Below, one piece after another: positions 23,101-34,799 of a DNA stretch of 64,000 nt. A program made the translations under genes and the position numbers. Numbering within the stretch: the first letter of the stretch is position 1; each line of letters opens with the position of its first letter. The notes below the pieces were generated by a model. The model searched no databases and was not told the DNA's origin. It saw only the letters and a list, made by a program, of their open reading frames with translations. The DNA is from Thecamonas trahens ATCC 50062 (lineage: Eukaryota; Protista; Apusomonadida), in the NCBI RefSeq assembly GCF_000142905.1, contig NW_013657644.1, positions 1,163 to 65,162 on the forward strand. The letters run 5' to 3'.

Positions 23101-25856
23101 CGACGTGACCTCCAGCGGGCCAGCCGGCGACGGCGGCCGCTGCGCCCGCTCCAGCTCGCTCCGCTCCAGCCCGCCCAGCGCGGACATGTCGAGGAGGAGC
23201 GCCCGTGTCCGTCCGGTCGCCGCAAGCACGTACGCGTGGCCCGGGTGCGCCGACGGCTCCACGCCTGCGGGCAAAATGAGGAACGACGAGACCGCAGACG
23301 GGAGTGGCGCCACCGTGCCGCGAGCAAGGAGGCTGCTCGCCGACGCCATCGCGGCCGACGAAGCACCTGAGACAACCGGCGACGTCGCCACTGTCAACGG
23401 CGTGCCCATCCCCGACGTGAGGCCTGTAGCACCGGAGCCTGGGGAGTTGCTCGGCCCGCTTGCAGAAGCAGCCTTGAGGTTGCGGATCTCGGCGAGCGAT
23501 GCCTCAGCGAGCACGTCGCGGAAGACAAGGCCGGTGGGAAAGGTGGCGTTGAGGAGGACGTGTTCTTGGAAGAGGAGCGCGAGCCGCGGCTCGACCGCTG
23601 CTGCCGCCGCTACGTCGTCGAGCGGCGCGCCGAGGACAGTGCCGTCAGGCGCCGTGGCCCGCGCGCCGGCAGTCCGCAGCCGCGTCGCCGCAAACAGCCG
23701 CGCCGGGTACACCACCGGCGAGCCGGAGAAGAGCTGGCGGAGAACCTCGAGCCGCACCTCGGGCTCGCGATCAGAGACGCACACAATGAGCAGCCGCTTG
23801 AGGATGCGGTGCACAAACTGCGGCGAGGTGGCCTGTGACGGCTGCGAGATGAGCTTGCAAATGGTGATCGCCGCCTGCTTGCGGATGACCGGCTCCGGAT
23901 CCTCGAGGTATGAAAAGACCACGCCCTCCAGAAAGTCGTGCAAAAAGTACGAGACAAAGTCAAACATGGAGAGTGTCTTGAGCGCGAGGACTTTGGCGGC
24001 CGTCGACGACTGCGACGCTGCAAGAATGCCCATAAACTGTGGCGAGTGCAAGAGCGGCTCGAGGTGCGAATGGGTGGCGACGTGCGCAGGAGTGCCCGGG
24101 TGTCGGAACGGCGCGCCGGCAAGAATGAGAGAGACGAGATCGAGAAGCTTGTAAAACGCCACGTCCGCCAGGTCCGGCAAGTCAGTCGCAATCGAGAGCA
24201 CCGTGTCGATGAGCTCCTCCGAGAGGCCAAGCCCAAAGAGAGCGTCAAGGTTCGGCGTAAGCGCTTCGAGGAACGACGGGCCGAGCGCAGTCGCCAGTCG
24301 CGCCACCGTCGTCAACGCCTGGAGGCAGACTGACGACGCCCGCTTCTTGAGAGTCAGCGCCGTCTTGCACCAGCCCATGATGTCCTTGAGGTACGGCGTG
24401 ATGTGGTGCTGGACCGCAAGCGCAAGGTCGCCGAGCGCGAGGAGCGTAACCGAGCGGAGGAGCGACGACTTGTCGCGCTCGCGCTTGAGGATTGAGAGCG
24501 AGGACTTGACCACCTTTTTGAGGTGGAGCGAGACAAAGGTGGCCACGTCGAGCGCGGCAAGGAGTGGGCTCAGCCGCAGCGCGCACATCCGCGTGTCGAC
24601 AAGCCGCGCATCGCGGAGGCCCACAACCGCCTGAGTCAGCGACTCGGTGTGGGTCACAAACCGCGAGCCAGTCAGCAACACAATGTGCGACATAGTCATG
24701 AGCGCGCCATGGACCGCCGACGGCGACTTGAGTACCGACGAGCTGACCGTCGGCCCACCCGAGCTCGACGCGCCTGCAGGAGGCGCCGGCGAGTTTGGTC
24801 GGGTCAGGCCCGTCGGCGTGTCGGCAATGATGATGGTCGACGGGCCGAGGACCGCAGAGACGTGGGAGTAGTGCTCGAGCTCGTTTGAAAGCACCGCGAG
24901 CTTCTTCTTGGGAATGGCCGACGACGAAAAGATGAGCGTGTTGCGCGCCCGGGTAAAGGCCCGCCGCGCAAAGTTGGTCAGCCCGGCCGCAGACCGCGGC
25001 TGGAGCGCAAGGAGAATCGAGGCAAGGAGCTCTGCGGCAACTTCGCGGATGGCCATATCGTCGTCGATGATGCCCTCCCACACACAGTCAAAGAGATCAA
25101 GCGGGCGGAGTTCCTTGAAGAAGAGCGTGGTATACTTGAAGAACTGCGCAGGCGCGGCACGGACAAGCACCCGCAGCGTGAGCACCGCCGCCAGCCGGTG
25201 GCCGGCCACCCGCGAGACCATCAGCCACTCGAGCGCACGGTTGACCTCAAACTCGACAATGAGATCCGACTGTAGAATGGTGTTGGACCGGGCAACGAGC
25301 TTTCCGAGCGTTGCCGCCGCCGCCGCCATCACCTCGGGCGAAGAGCGGGGCATACAGTTCTTGAGCAAGTTGGCAAAGCGAGTGACCTTGAGCGCATTGT
25401 CGGCGACCTCGATTTCTAACAGTGCTGAAATAGCCAGCACGCCCCCGAGCTTGGACGCAGGCCTCAGTGCAGAACCAACCATCATACCATGGATGGCGGC
25501 GTAGACTGAGTTGAGAAAGTCGGTGAGCGACTCTCCCCGCTCACGCTTCAACGCCACATTCACAAACTCTCGCAGGCTACCTGCCGCCGCCTCGCGGACC
25601 CTTGGCGAGCTGTGCACATTCCACATGCTGCTTGGTTAGTCCCATTCCGCTGCCTTGTCCATCACCCACTCGGTTGGCTTCTGTGTGGCGAACATGCGAA
25701 ATTTGGTTGAAGGCGGTGCGCTGCGGGAGGGGGGGGGGAGGAGCTACCGACCCGGGTGGGAGGGGAGGGGGGGGGGGGGTTAGGGAGGGAGGGGGGAAGG
25801 GAGGAGGAGGGCATGGTAGCTTACGGGTCCTCGAGGTCGCGGAAGATTCCCTCCAT
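17149..25856 (-). CDS. TOR: Target of rapamycin kinase; exons 25856-25825 and 25609-17149
   Basis: HEAT repeats, FAT, FRB (ILWAELWFEGIDEASR), kinase (SKQRPR, LLKGHEDLRQD, DRHPSN) and FATC (GWCAPW). Intron GTAAGC...ACTAAC...CACAG (25824-25610) gives MEGIFRDLEDP|SPRVREAAA. Confidence 0.96.
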
Positions 25857-26045
25857 GCCGCGCGCTGAGAGTTGTGTTGTGTTGTGTGAGGTCGGGGCTG
25901 GTGGTGGTGTGGTGGTGCTGGGCCTCGTTGCTTTCGGCCCGCCGGCTGTGGGAGTCGGTCAGCTGGCTGACGGCAAGCTGGCTGAGAGAGCGAAGATACA
26001 GGGTGGTGTTATGCGAGGTTGGATCGGATTCAGGCTGAGACCGGA

Positions 26046-27970
26046 CTACAAGAGCGGGACAATTCCGATGGTGGGCTGAGCAGAGGAAAACGGGTTGGTG
26101 GCCGCCGATGGCTTGGTCGGCGTGGCAGCGGCAGAGACGGCGGCGGTGGACGCTGCAGTGGCTCGCGAGCACATGAACCGCTCAAACGAGTCGTCGAGAG
26201 GGTTGGAGCCGCCTGGAGATGAAGCTGCCGAATTGGTCGACTGCGCCGCGAGCGGAGCACGGATCGGCGAGAACGAGATCAGCTTGGCGATAGGCACCGC
26301 GACAGGTGCGGGCGCAGGGGCAGCGCTGAGCGTCCCCTCGGCGTTCTCGGTGTTCTCGGCATTCTCGACATTCTCGGCAGCTGCAATCGGAGCTGAGTGG
26401 GACGGTGATGGAATGTCGGCCACGCGCTGGGCAGCGAGAATCTTAGAGACCTCCTTCCAATGTGCACGGATAGCCGAGCCAGACGTGGCCTTACGCTTGC
26501 CGGCGACGGTGCAGTCGGCGAGGCGGGCAATGTCGGCGTCGGCGAGCGAGCGGTGAAGCGCGAGCATTTTGATGGCGCGGAGAGCAAGCACAGTGCTAGA
26601 GAGATCCGACGAGACCGCATTGGCATCGAGGCAGGCAATGAGCGCGTCGACGGCGCCCCACTGGAGGATGTCGGCGTGGACTCGCGGCGTGGCGGCGAGA
26701 TTGTTGAGGATGCGGACGGCGTCGGCACGGAGAAAATCGTCTTCGGCCACCATGGGCGAGGCCAGCGCAGTGCAGAGTGAGCGGAGAAAGTACATGTCCG
26801 GAGCGGCAAACTTGATGCGGTTCGAGCCGTGCGCCGAGAGCATGGCGTACGCCCACAGCGCACCGCGAACCGCGCCATAGCTGCCAGACTCGAGCTGTCT
26901 CGAGAGGAAGTGGAGCTCGCGCTCCGAGACCACAAGCGGCTCCAGCTGGCGGGTCGCCGACTCGGCCAGAGTCCGGGTCCGCGCCAACTCGCGGATGTAC
27001 GCCCGCTTGGAGATGGCGGCGTTGAGCGTGGCCGCCCACGAGTTTGCGGTAGTCTCGGACTTGAATGCCAGAGCCAGCCGCTTTTTGCCATCCACCACCA
27101 CCAACCGGTGGCCGAACGAAACGTTGCCCTTGGCATCGGTGAGCGTGGCCGCCACCGTCGACCGCGAGGCTGAGACACCCAGCTGGGCCGCGATCCGCGC
27201 CGAGGCGGTGAAGCCGTCGTCGCCAAACGAGTTGAGCTTGAGGGCATTCTTGACCTTGGGCGCGGCCAAGGTCAGGCAATCACCCGAGAGCGAGATGAAC
27301 TGCCGGTTCCACTTGGACTTGCCGCTCTTGACCAGCAGATACCCGACGCAGCCTTTGGACGGCTGTGCTGCCGACGTCTCGCACAGGACCTTGATCCATG
27401 CAGACCGGGTCTTGGGGTTCTGGCACGCGCACACCAGCGTCTTGCCATCAATGGTGACTGTAAAGATGTAGGGATGCGGGACGCGCGCCGATGTCTCCGG
27501 ATCGCGGAACCTGTGGTGTGGAGGGTAAGGGTGAGGGTGAGGGGGGTTCGGAGCTGGGTTTTTTTCAAATTTTGTTGTTGCAAGGTGCGGTCCGGCGCGC
27601 CATGCGGGAGGTGCCTGCCGATGAAGGGCAGGGAGAGCAGGGCAGCTGCAAGAGAGGGGGGGCATGGTGGAAAGGTGGCGTACACAGGGCCTTCATCGTT
27701 GCAGACGGAGGCTTGTGTGGATGCGGTGACGGTGAGGGTCGACTTGACCTTGTGTTCAAAGCCGTACAAGGTGGCGGCCTTGACCACAAAGTACCGGCGG
27801 GACCACTCGGTCGGTTTGGTCTCCACCCAAGCGTAGCCTTGCTTGCTGTAGGGCGGGAAGACAATGTTGGGCTGCTCGCTAGCAAGAGAGTTGCGCCGCC
27901 GCTGGATAACAGGTGACGACACCTCGTTGTCGAGCATAGACAGTGCCCGGAAGCCGCTCATCGATGCCAT
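26046..27970 (-). CDS. Tandem PH-domain + armadillo-repeat protein; exons 27970-27684 and 27510-26046
   Basis: KQGYAW...WSRRYFVV...RSAWIKVL, then a second PH (GYLLVK...WNRQFISL...ANSWAATL), then ARM-like AVRILNNLA/GAVDALIACL. GTACGC...CAG intron in phase. Confidence 0.75.
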
Positions 27971-28067
27971 GTGTGGTCGGCGGAGAGGGTGTGGCGCGAC
28001 GAGTGGCCGGTGGTTCGGCGGCTCGGCAACGGCCGCGGCTGTGCGAGTCGGTGGCACCGCGTGGTGC

Positions 28068-29869
28068 TCAGTACGGGCGATTGCGGACCCGGACGTGGAT
28101 GATCGAGTTGTCGCAGGTTCCCGAGACGTCTTCGGCCCGCGTGGTGGAGAGGACAGGGAACTTGCGGACAAAGGCGCCGTACCGGCCGTATGCACGCTCG
28201 AGCATAAGCTCGCGGACCTGAGCAGGGTTGGCCAAGATGGCTTCCGGCGTGGTCCTCTGTGCCTGCGCGACAACAGGCAGGTCATCAACAACGTGGTCGT
28301 AGAGCTCGCGCGCCTCAGCGTCGGACGGCATCCGCGTCCCGCGTACAACAACGTACTTGGGCATGCGCCCGGTCACAGACAGTGCAATGTCCGACCGCTT
28401 GAGGCCAGGCACCACCGCCATGAGATGCAGATGCTCGACCGTCCGGCGCGTGTCCCACATTGGCCGCAGCTCAAGCTTCCGCCACGCCTCGCGGGAGATG
28501 ACAGGGACAGCGGCTGGAGGTGATGACGCCGGCGGCGCGGCGGTGCCAGTGCTGGAGCTGGCGCCAGTGCTCGCCCCGCCGCCGGCCTTGCACCGCTCGA
28601 GCCGGGCATCGAGCTCGTTAAGCAGGACCGACGAAGAAGCCAGCAGCTGACCGACTGCCTCGATGGCCTCAACCTTGCGGGCTCGGACGTCAGGCGCGGC
28701 CGCAAGGCCGGTGAGCGCGTCGAGTGCAGTCTCGTGGCGCATCAGCTTGCCGTGCAGCTCGCGCGCAATGTTGAGCTTTGACTTGTAAAACTGCAGCAGT
28801 TCATCCGAGTCGTGTGGCGGGAGCCGGGCCAGCTTCTCCACGTGGGTCATCCGCGACCGAATGAGCTGGACTGAGTTGACCACGCCATTGATGGCGACCA
28901 GCGCTTGCTGCGCCGCCGACTGCTCGACAGGCACGCTCTCCTCGTCACCATTTTCGGCATGATTGGCGGCGCTCGAGTCTGCCCCGGTTGTCGGAAGCAC
29001 AGACGAGGCTGGGTCGGCAGGAGTGGCGGTGCCGGCAGCGGGGGCGGCGGGTGCAGCGGATGCGGCCGCGGCAGTGGCGGCCGCACGACGGCCGTCGAGC
29101 GCACTGATCGCCGCCGTCATCGCCCGCATCATGTTCACCACATGCCGCGCGTACCGAAGATCCGGCTCAGAGGTAGTGACGGTCAGCACCTCGAGCTGGC
29201 TGGCCAGTGCCTTGGCCTCGGCCGCCAGCGCAACAGCCACCGCCGCAGACTGGGAATCGGCGCCGGCCTCAGCGGCCGCGATCTCCGCCACGTAACCATC
29301 AATCTGAGCCGGAGTCAAATCCGCCCATGTCCGGCCATTGCCTCTAGCCAGCACAGCCTTGACCAGACCATTCACTGCTGTCATCTCGCGGAGCTCGCCC
29401 TCGCCCTCGCCCTCGCCCTCGCCCTCGTCCCCGCCCGAGGCCGCCAGCTCGTCCGCCAGCGCATCCAGAGCGGAGGCTACCTGTGATGAGACATGGATGG
29501 ACGACGATGACGGCGCGGATGATGATGGCACGGATTCAGCGCCAGCCGAGTCGACCCCAGCCACGATACAAGCCACCGTCTCGGCCGCCCGCGACAGGAC
29601 TCGCTTCGCCGGCACCGACGGCACACTCCGTGGCTTGGCCTCCCAGTACACAAGCAGCTCTTCTAGAAGTTCTGCTGACGCCAGCTTGACGACAGCCCGC
29701 TGGCGGTGAAGATAGAGTGTTCGGTACTCGGGCGTGGTGTTCATGACCTGGGGAGGGGGGGGGGGAGGGGGAGAGTGGTGTGCGTGTGCGTGTGCGTGTG
29801 TGTGTGCGTGTGCGTGGCCTCTTCGGCGCTGCATCGGCGGTCGTCAACGATTGGCCCGATTGGTGGCAT
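28068..29869 (-). CDS. BAG-domain + HSP20/alpha-crystallin fusion protein (short first exon 29869-29819 tentative)
   Basis: BAG-like LMRHETALDALTG...DVRARKVEAIEAVGQLL. C-terminal alpha-crystallin-like VVPGLKRSDIALSV...VVVRGTR...RYGAFVRKFPV...EDVSGTCDNSIIHVRV. Confidence 0.65.
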
Positions 29870-30262
29870 ATGAGGGAGAGGGGGGGGGGGGATCTTATTG
29901 AGATTGTAGATGGATAAGGATGGGTGGGTGATGGGTGACGGACGGCATGGGTAGTGGCCCAGACCCATCCGTGCGTGGAGGGTGGCCAGGTCGACCAGGT
30001 CGATGGACGCGGGGGCGCAGAAGACGACGCTGGATATCGCGAGGCGAGCTACGATGGGCTGCAGATCGGGTCCGAGTCGGTCGCAGGATGTCGCACCTTG
30101 TCGCTCGTCACAGATCGCAGCTGGGTGTAGTTGACGACAGGTTAATCCATGAGCGGCCGCGTAGCAGCAGCATCAGGATAGAGACCGATCGTGCCCACCA
30201 TGTCTGCGATTCGCCGGACAAGCCAGTTGAGGCGCTGATGCTCGACGTGTGGCGAGAGTCGG

Positions 30263-30622
30263 TCATGGGGGCGTCGGCCCGTAGACGGCGTCGCGTTGTG
30301 CAAACTGAAAGTAGCCCTCGGTCGATGCGGCATCAAGAGCCTCTCTCAGGCCTGGCGTCGAGTCGATCCGCATGGGCTGAACCTTGAGCGGAGAGCCAGC
30401 AAAGAACAGGCCGTCATAGACGCGGATGGCGTAGACAATGGCAGCAGGGCCGTCTTCAGTAGCAAAGGTGACAAAGGCGTAGCTCGCGCCGGCCGGCCGG
30501 TGGACCGAGGCAATGGGCGCGGACTGGGCAAAGAGCTCTGTGAGCAGCTCAGGTGTGGCCTCGTCAGTGAGATTGCCCACGTATACGCTTGCAAACGGAT
30601 CAATAGAGGACCTTGACCCCAT
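30263..30622 (-). CDS. RRM protein (RBM7/SF3B4-like RRM); may extend to 30142 via an indel
   Basis: RNP2 VYVGNL, ELLTELF, RNP1 SYAFVTF, GSPLKVQ. Confidence 0.75.
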   Translation of the reverse strand: MGSRSSIDPFASVYVGNLTDEATPELLTELFAQSAPIASVHRPAGASYAFVTFATEDGPAAIVYAIRVYDGLFFAGSPLKVQPMRIDSTPGLREALDAASTEGYFQFAQRDAVYGPTPP

Positions 30623-30799
30623 GTCGTGTCTCGTGAGTCGTGTGTTATGTTCGTGGCGGACCGAGCGGGGAGGAGAGGCGGAGAAGAGGGATGGAGCGCA
30701 GATCGTCGAAATCGTTCATATGGCAGAGACACCACGAGTCCAGGCTGCATGAGTCTGGGGGACTGGATGGAGCTGACTGTTCTGATCAGGCGGATATCC

Positions 30800-31180
30800 C
30801 CCCCGATCTACCCGCCTCTCAAATCCCTCACTACCGCAAGGATCTGCCCGCTTTCCCCCCCCATCTGCCCGCCTCTCAATCCTCACTACCGCACCCACTC
30901 NNNNNNNNNNNNNNNNNNNNNNNNNNNNNNNNNNNNNNNNNNNNNNNNNNNNNNNNNNNNNNNNNNNNNNNNNNNNNNNNNNNNNNNNNNNNNNNNNNNN
31001 NNNNNNNNNNNNNNNNNNNNNNNNNNNNNNNNNNNNNNNNNNNNNNNNNNNNNNNNNNNNNNNNTTCCCGCCTCTCAAATCCCTCACTACCGCAATGATC
31101 TGCCCCCCCCCCCTCCCCATCTGCCCGCCTCTCAAATCCCTCACTACCGCAATGATCTGCCCGCTTCCCCCCGATCTGAT
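30800..31180. repeat. ~55-60 bp minisatellite spanning an N gap
   Basis: Unit core CCCGCCTCTCAAATCCCTCACTACCGCAA(T/G)GATCTGCCC seen about twice on each side of the gap. Confidence 0.85.
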
Positions 31181-31341
31181 CGCTTTACCTCATTCCCTCG
31201 CCCCCTCCATCCGATCCCTCTCAACTCCCCAACTCCGACGCCCAGTCGACCACTCCTCTCCCTCCCTCCTTGCCCCCACACGCGCACACACGCCCCTGAC
31301 CCACCCACGAGACCGAGACTGGCAGGAGGAAGGGAGAGAGG

Positions 31342-32244
31342 ATGGACAAGGGCAGGATTGTCGTGTGCGGCAACAGCTCGGTCCGCATCCGCCACCGGCT
31401 CCCCCCTACAGCCCGACCTGCCGTGGAGGACTTTCACGCCGACCACTTCCCTGTCCGCTACTCGGACGGCTTTTTTGACGCACTCATGCCCGAGACACGC
31501 GGCATGAACCAAGCGGCTCATAGCGGTGGACATGGACAAGAGACGGGACAAGGCGGATATCGGCTCTCTTCGCCTCGACGCACCGCTGCGCGCTCGGATC
31601 TGGCCGGTGGGCGGGATGCGGTGGAGGGGCCTCGCACTCCGGCGGATCAGGCCGGCGGCTATCAGCCGCACTGCATCATGGTGGCGGCGACGCCGGTCCA
31701 CGAGCCGCACACTCTGTACGGGATGGCGACAGGGAGGTTTGTGGAGGAGTACACTGGGCTCGGTGGCACGCTCGAGGCCGCGTATGTGTCTACCATCGCT
31801 GTGATGGATGCCATGCGCGGGCGCGGACTCGCGTCGGTTCTGCTCGACGAGCTGATGGCCGCCATGCTCGCCGATCCCGACTATGGCGCAGCTGTCGAGG
31901 TTTTCCGCCTCCACGTCCTCGCCGACAACGTCGCCGCCATCACTCTGTACTACAAGCATGGTTTTGTCATCCGCGAGTACCTACCGGAGCACTACGAGTT
32001 CCACAATGCGCGGCACGACGCTTTCCTGCTCCAGCGCGACGCCTCGCTTGGCGCCTCGGTCCCGGTTGTACCTGATGCACGGGAGCGGGCGGTGGCGGAC
32101 ATGGCGGCGGCACGCTCGCTGCTCAACCGGCTGCTCCCACCGCCCGAGCTGCGGTCGTTGGCGCTGCTGGTCGGAGTGGCGCTGGTCGTGCTGGGCGGCG
32201 CGGCGTTTACCTTTTCGCTGCTCATGGCGCGGCCGGTGGCGTGA
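31342..32244 (+). CDS. NAA60-like GNAT N-terminal acetyltransferase with C-terminal hydrophobic anchor
   Basis: FPVRYSDGFF, YVSTIAV...RGRGLAS, LHVLADNVAAITLYYKHGF...YLPEHY...DAFLL. Confidence 0.8.
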   Translation: MDKGRIVVCGNSSVRIRHRLPPTARPAVEDFHADHFPVRYSDGFFDALMPETRGMNQAAHSGGHGQETGQGGYRLSSPRRTAARSDLAGGRDAVEGPRTPADQAGGYQPHCIMVAATPVHEPHTLYGMATGRFVEEYTGLGGTLEAAYVSTIAVMDAMRGRGLASVLLDELMAAMLADPDYGAAVEVFRLHVLADNVAAITLYYKHGFVIREYLPEHYEFHNARHDAFLLQRDASLGASVPVVPDARERAVADMAAARSLLNRLLPPPELRSLALLVGVALVVLGGAAFTFSLLMARPVA

Positions 32245-32275
32245 GGCCTCCGCCCCGGCGGCGGAGCGGGCTCGC

Positions 32276-33991
32276 TCAAAGGCGAGCAGACTGCGTGGCC
32301 CGCGAGCGCGAGCGGACGCGTGACTTGCGGTCGTCGTGGCGTGGCCGGCGCGAGGTCCGCTCGTGGGTGATCTTGTTGTAGTAGAAGGCCTTGCCGCGGG
32401 CGTCTTCGCCCATGCGCCAGCCGCGGGGCAGGGCGCGGCCGTAGCGGTCAAACTTGGACATGAGCGAGGTGTCCATCGGCAAGTACTTGCGCTTCTTGCC
32501 GCTCTCCATGCTTCCGCCGCAGGCCTTGCAGTACTTGGCATCCTCCATGTTGAGGGTGGCGCACCCAGGACAGGCAACCATCGGCTCAGCCACGCCGGCA
32601 GCCGCCGCAACAGGGAGGATCTCGTCCGGCGGCGGCGGCGGCGCGGCGGCGGCCTTGTCGTCGTCAAACAGCAGGCCGCCCTCGTCCGACGATGACTGAG
32701 TAAACGGCCCGGCAAAGTTGTCGGTCGCGCCGTATCGCGGCGCTGGCGCATCAAAGAGTGCCCCCTCCTCGCTGTCCTTTCCACCGTTGCCGACCGACGA
32801 CGCCGACGACGACGACAGCGCCCGGTAGTTGCCGGCCACCGTTCGCGCCTTGACGTGCTCCGCCATCTTGAGCTTGAGCCGGACAGCGAGAACACAGCCG
32901 AGGATGCCGACTGCTGCCAGGCACGAGCCCACAATGAGCGAGCGCTTGACGAGGGTGTTCATCTTGGCTGGCGGGCCTGGCGCAGGCGTCGGCGACGGGC
33001 TGTGGCCTGGCGGCGGCGGCGCGCCGGGCGGGCTTGGCGGGCTCGGCGGCGCTCCTGGAGGGCTTGGTGTTGGCCCCGGGTTTGTGCATCCGCCCGAGCA
33101 CGCTTGGCAGTGCGAGATCGAGAACGTGCTCACGCACTCGACGGTCGACACAAAGGTAAACTTGTAGTCGGTCCCGGTCTGCGACTGGTCGCACTTGAAC
33201 TGTATGAGACCCTTGTTGTTCGTCTGGCACGTGCTCGAGAACGCACCGCCGTCCATGGTCATCTCCACGCCGGTCCCCGACGGGGTCATCTCCGAGTACG
33301 TGATCTGGTCCTTGGCGAGCTGCTTGGAGTTGGACGAGCCCCATGTCTGGCACACTGTCGTGTCTGCTCCACACACCGACGACGTCAGCGGGCTACACAC
33401 TGCGATGGTATACACGTAGTCTGTGGTTGAGACCTCGTATCCCACACCGCTGTGCCAGGAGTTGACGGGGAAGGAATGTGAGTGGGGCGTTGTCATGATT
33501 AGGCCGACCGACAGCCATAGGCCCATGCCGGCACGACATGATCTCTGCTCTCAAAGCAGAGCAGAGATCATGTCGTCCACCCGGGTAGTTGGCTCTTGCA
33601 CCCAGGCTCTATCCTACCAGGTCGATAGACAGGAATCTCCATCGCGGCGCATCATGGTCGACGACGACTTGTGGCCCATCACGACGGCTCGTGGCTCATC
33701 GCGGCGACTCGTGGCCCCCATCACGACGGCTCGTGGCGGACAACAGGCAGCAGCATGCGTGCGCGTATCGGACAGCGAGAACGTGTGATGGGGGGGGGGG
33801 AGGCGGGAGCACATGCACAGCACAAGTGGTAGACATGGCAGTGGTATCAACAATGGCAAAGGCATGACAACGTACGAGTTGTCAAAGGGCGAGAGGTCGT
33901 AGCTTTGGTACGAGCATGAAGCGGCGTGTGACTGGAGAGGGAGGAGGAGCAGAGCAAGGAGGGAGAGCGACAGGAGGGGGGACAGCTCCAT
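32276..33991 (-). CDS. Type I membrane protein: MRH-like domain, Pro stalk, TM, zinc ribbon, WW domain; exons 33991-33876 and 33449-32276
   Basis: Signal peptide, YDLSPF, YTIAVC, IQFKCD...CVSTF...HCQAC (MRH pattern), TM helix, CPGC...CKACG, LPRGW...AFYYNKITHERTSRRP. GTACGT...CAG intron in phase. Confidence 0.78.
33533..33576. repeat. Perfect 19-bp inverted repeat with 6-nt loop (intronic)
   Basis: ACGACATGATCTCTGCTCT-CAAAGC-AGAGCAGAGATCATGTCGT. Confidence 0.95.
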
Positions 33992-34799
33992 GACGGCAGC
34001 GGTGGAGGAGGAGGTGGTGGTGGTGGCGGTGATGGTGATGGTGGTGGGGGTGGTGGTGGCGGTGGAGGAGGCGGTGGTGACACAGCCACCTGGGTGGGTG
34101 GGTGGGTGTGCGGTGAGGGACGAGGAGTGCTGGCCGTGCTTGTGGTGGGGGGTCTGGAGGCAGACGGACGGAGAGTGGGGGGGGGTGGGGGGGGGGGGGG
34201 GGGGGGGGGGGGTCACGCCCTGCCGAGTGCCAGGTCGGCACCTGCTGTCAAAGTACAGACATCCTCGCAGCCTACCGAGACAATATCAAGCCAGTCTCAA
34301 CTATGTAAAACATACATAGCCGAAATAGATGATGATAACCGTGCTGGCCGTGATGGCCGTGATGGCCGTGCTGGCCGTGATGGCCGTGATGGCTGCCATG
34401 ATGATGGCGGCGTTGAGGCCCAGCTCGAGGCGGTCTGCACAGCAGAGGTACGGATGACAACAGCGAGGAGACAGCCAGCCCAATCGTGGCCATAACCACA
34501 CATCCCTCCCTATCTCTGCTCACCACCACTGTATCCGCCAGCCATTCATCCGACACACATGTCATCGTTCCCGTGCGTTGCGTAACAGGCAGTCGCGTTT
34601 GCTTGCCACGTCGACCTAAGAAATGCATGTCAGCTACCGAATCAGCGTGGGCGGGAGACAGAAGGTGGGGATGGGGATGGTGACAGGGATGGGGATACAC
34701 TTGACTTGATCACCTTTTGCAAGAAGGAGAACCAAGGCAGGGAAGCGTCACACCAGATAGTCTACCCTCACGCATACGTAACCTGTTGCTACCACCACC

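Noticed and set aside
17194-25504. Many 100-480 aa ORFs antisense to TOR and other genes
   Set aside because: Expected shadow ORFs in high-GC coding DNA.
34339-34392. Collagen-like (GRD/GRA)n ORF
   Set aside because: A 9-bp microsatellite in a divergent intergenic region with no credible start codon.
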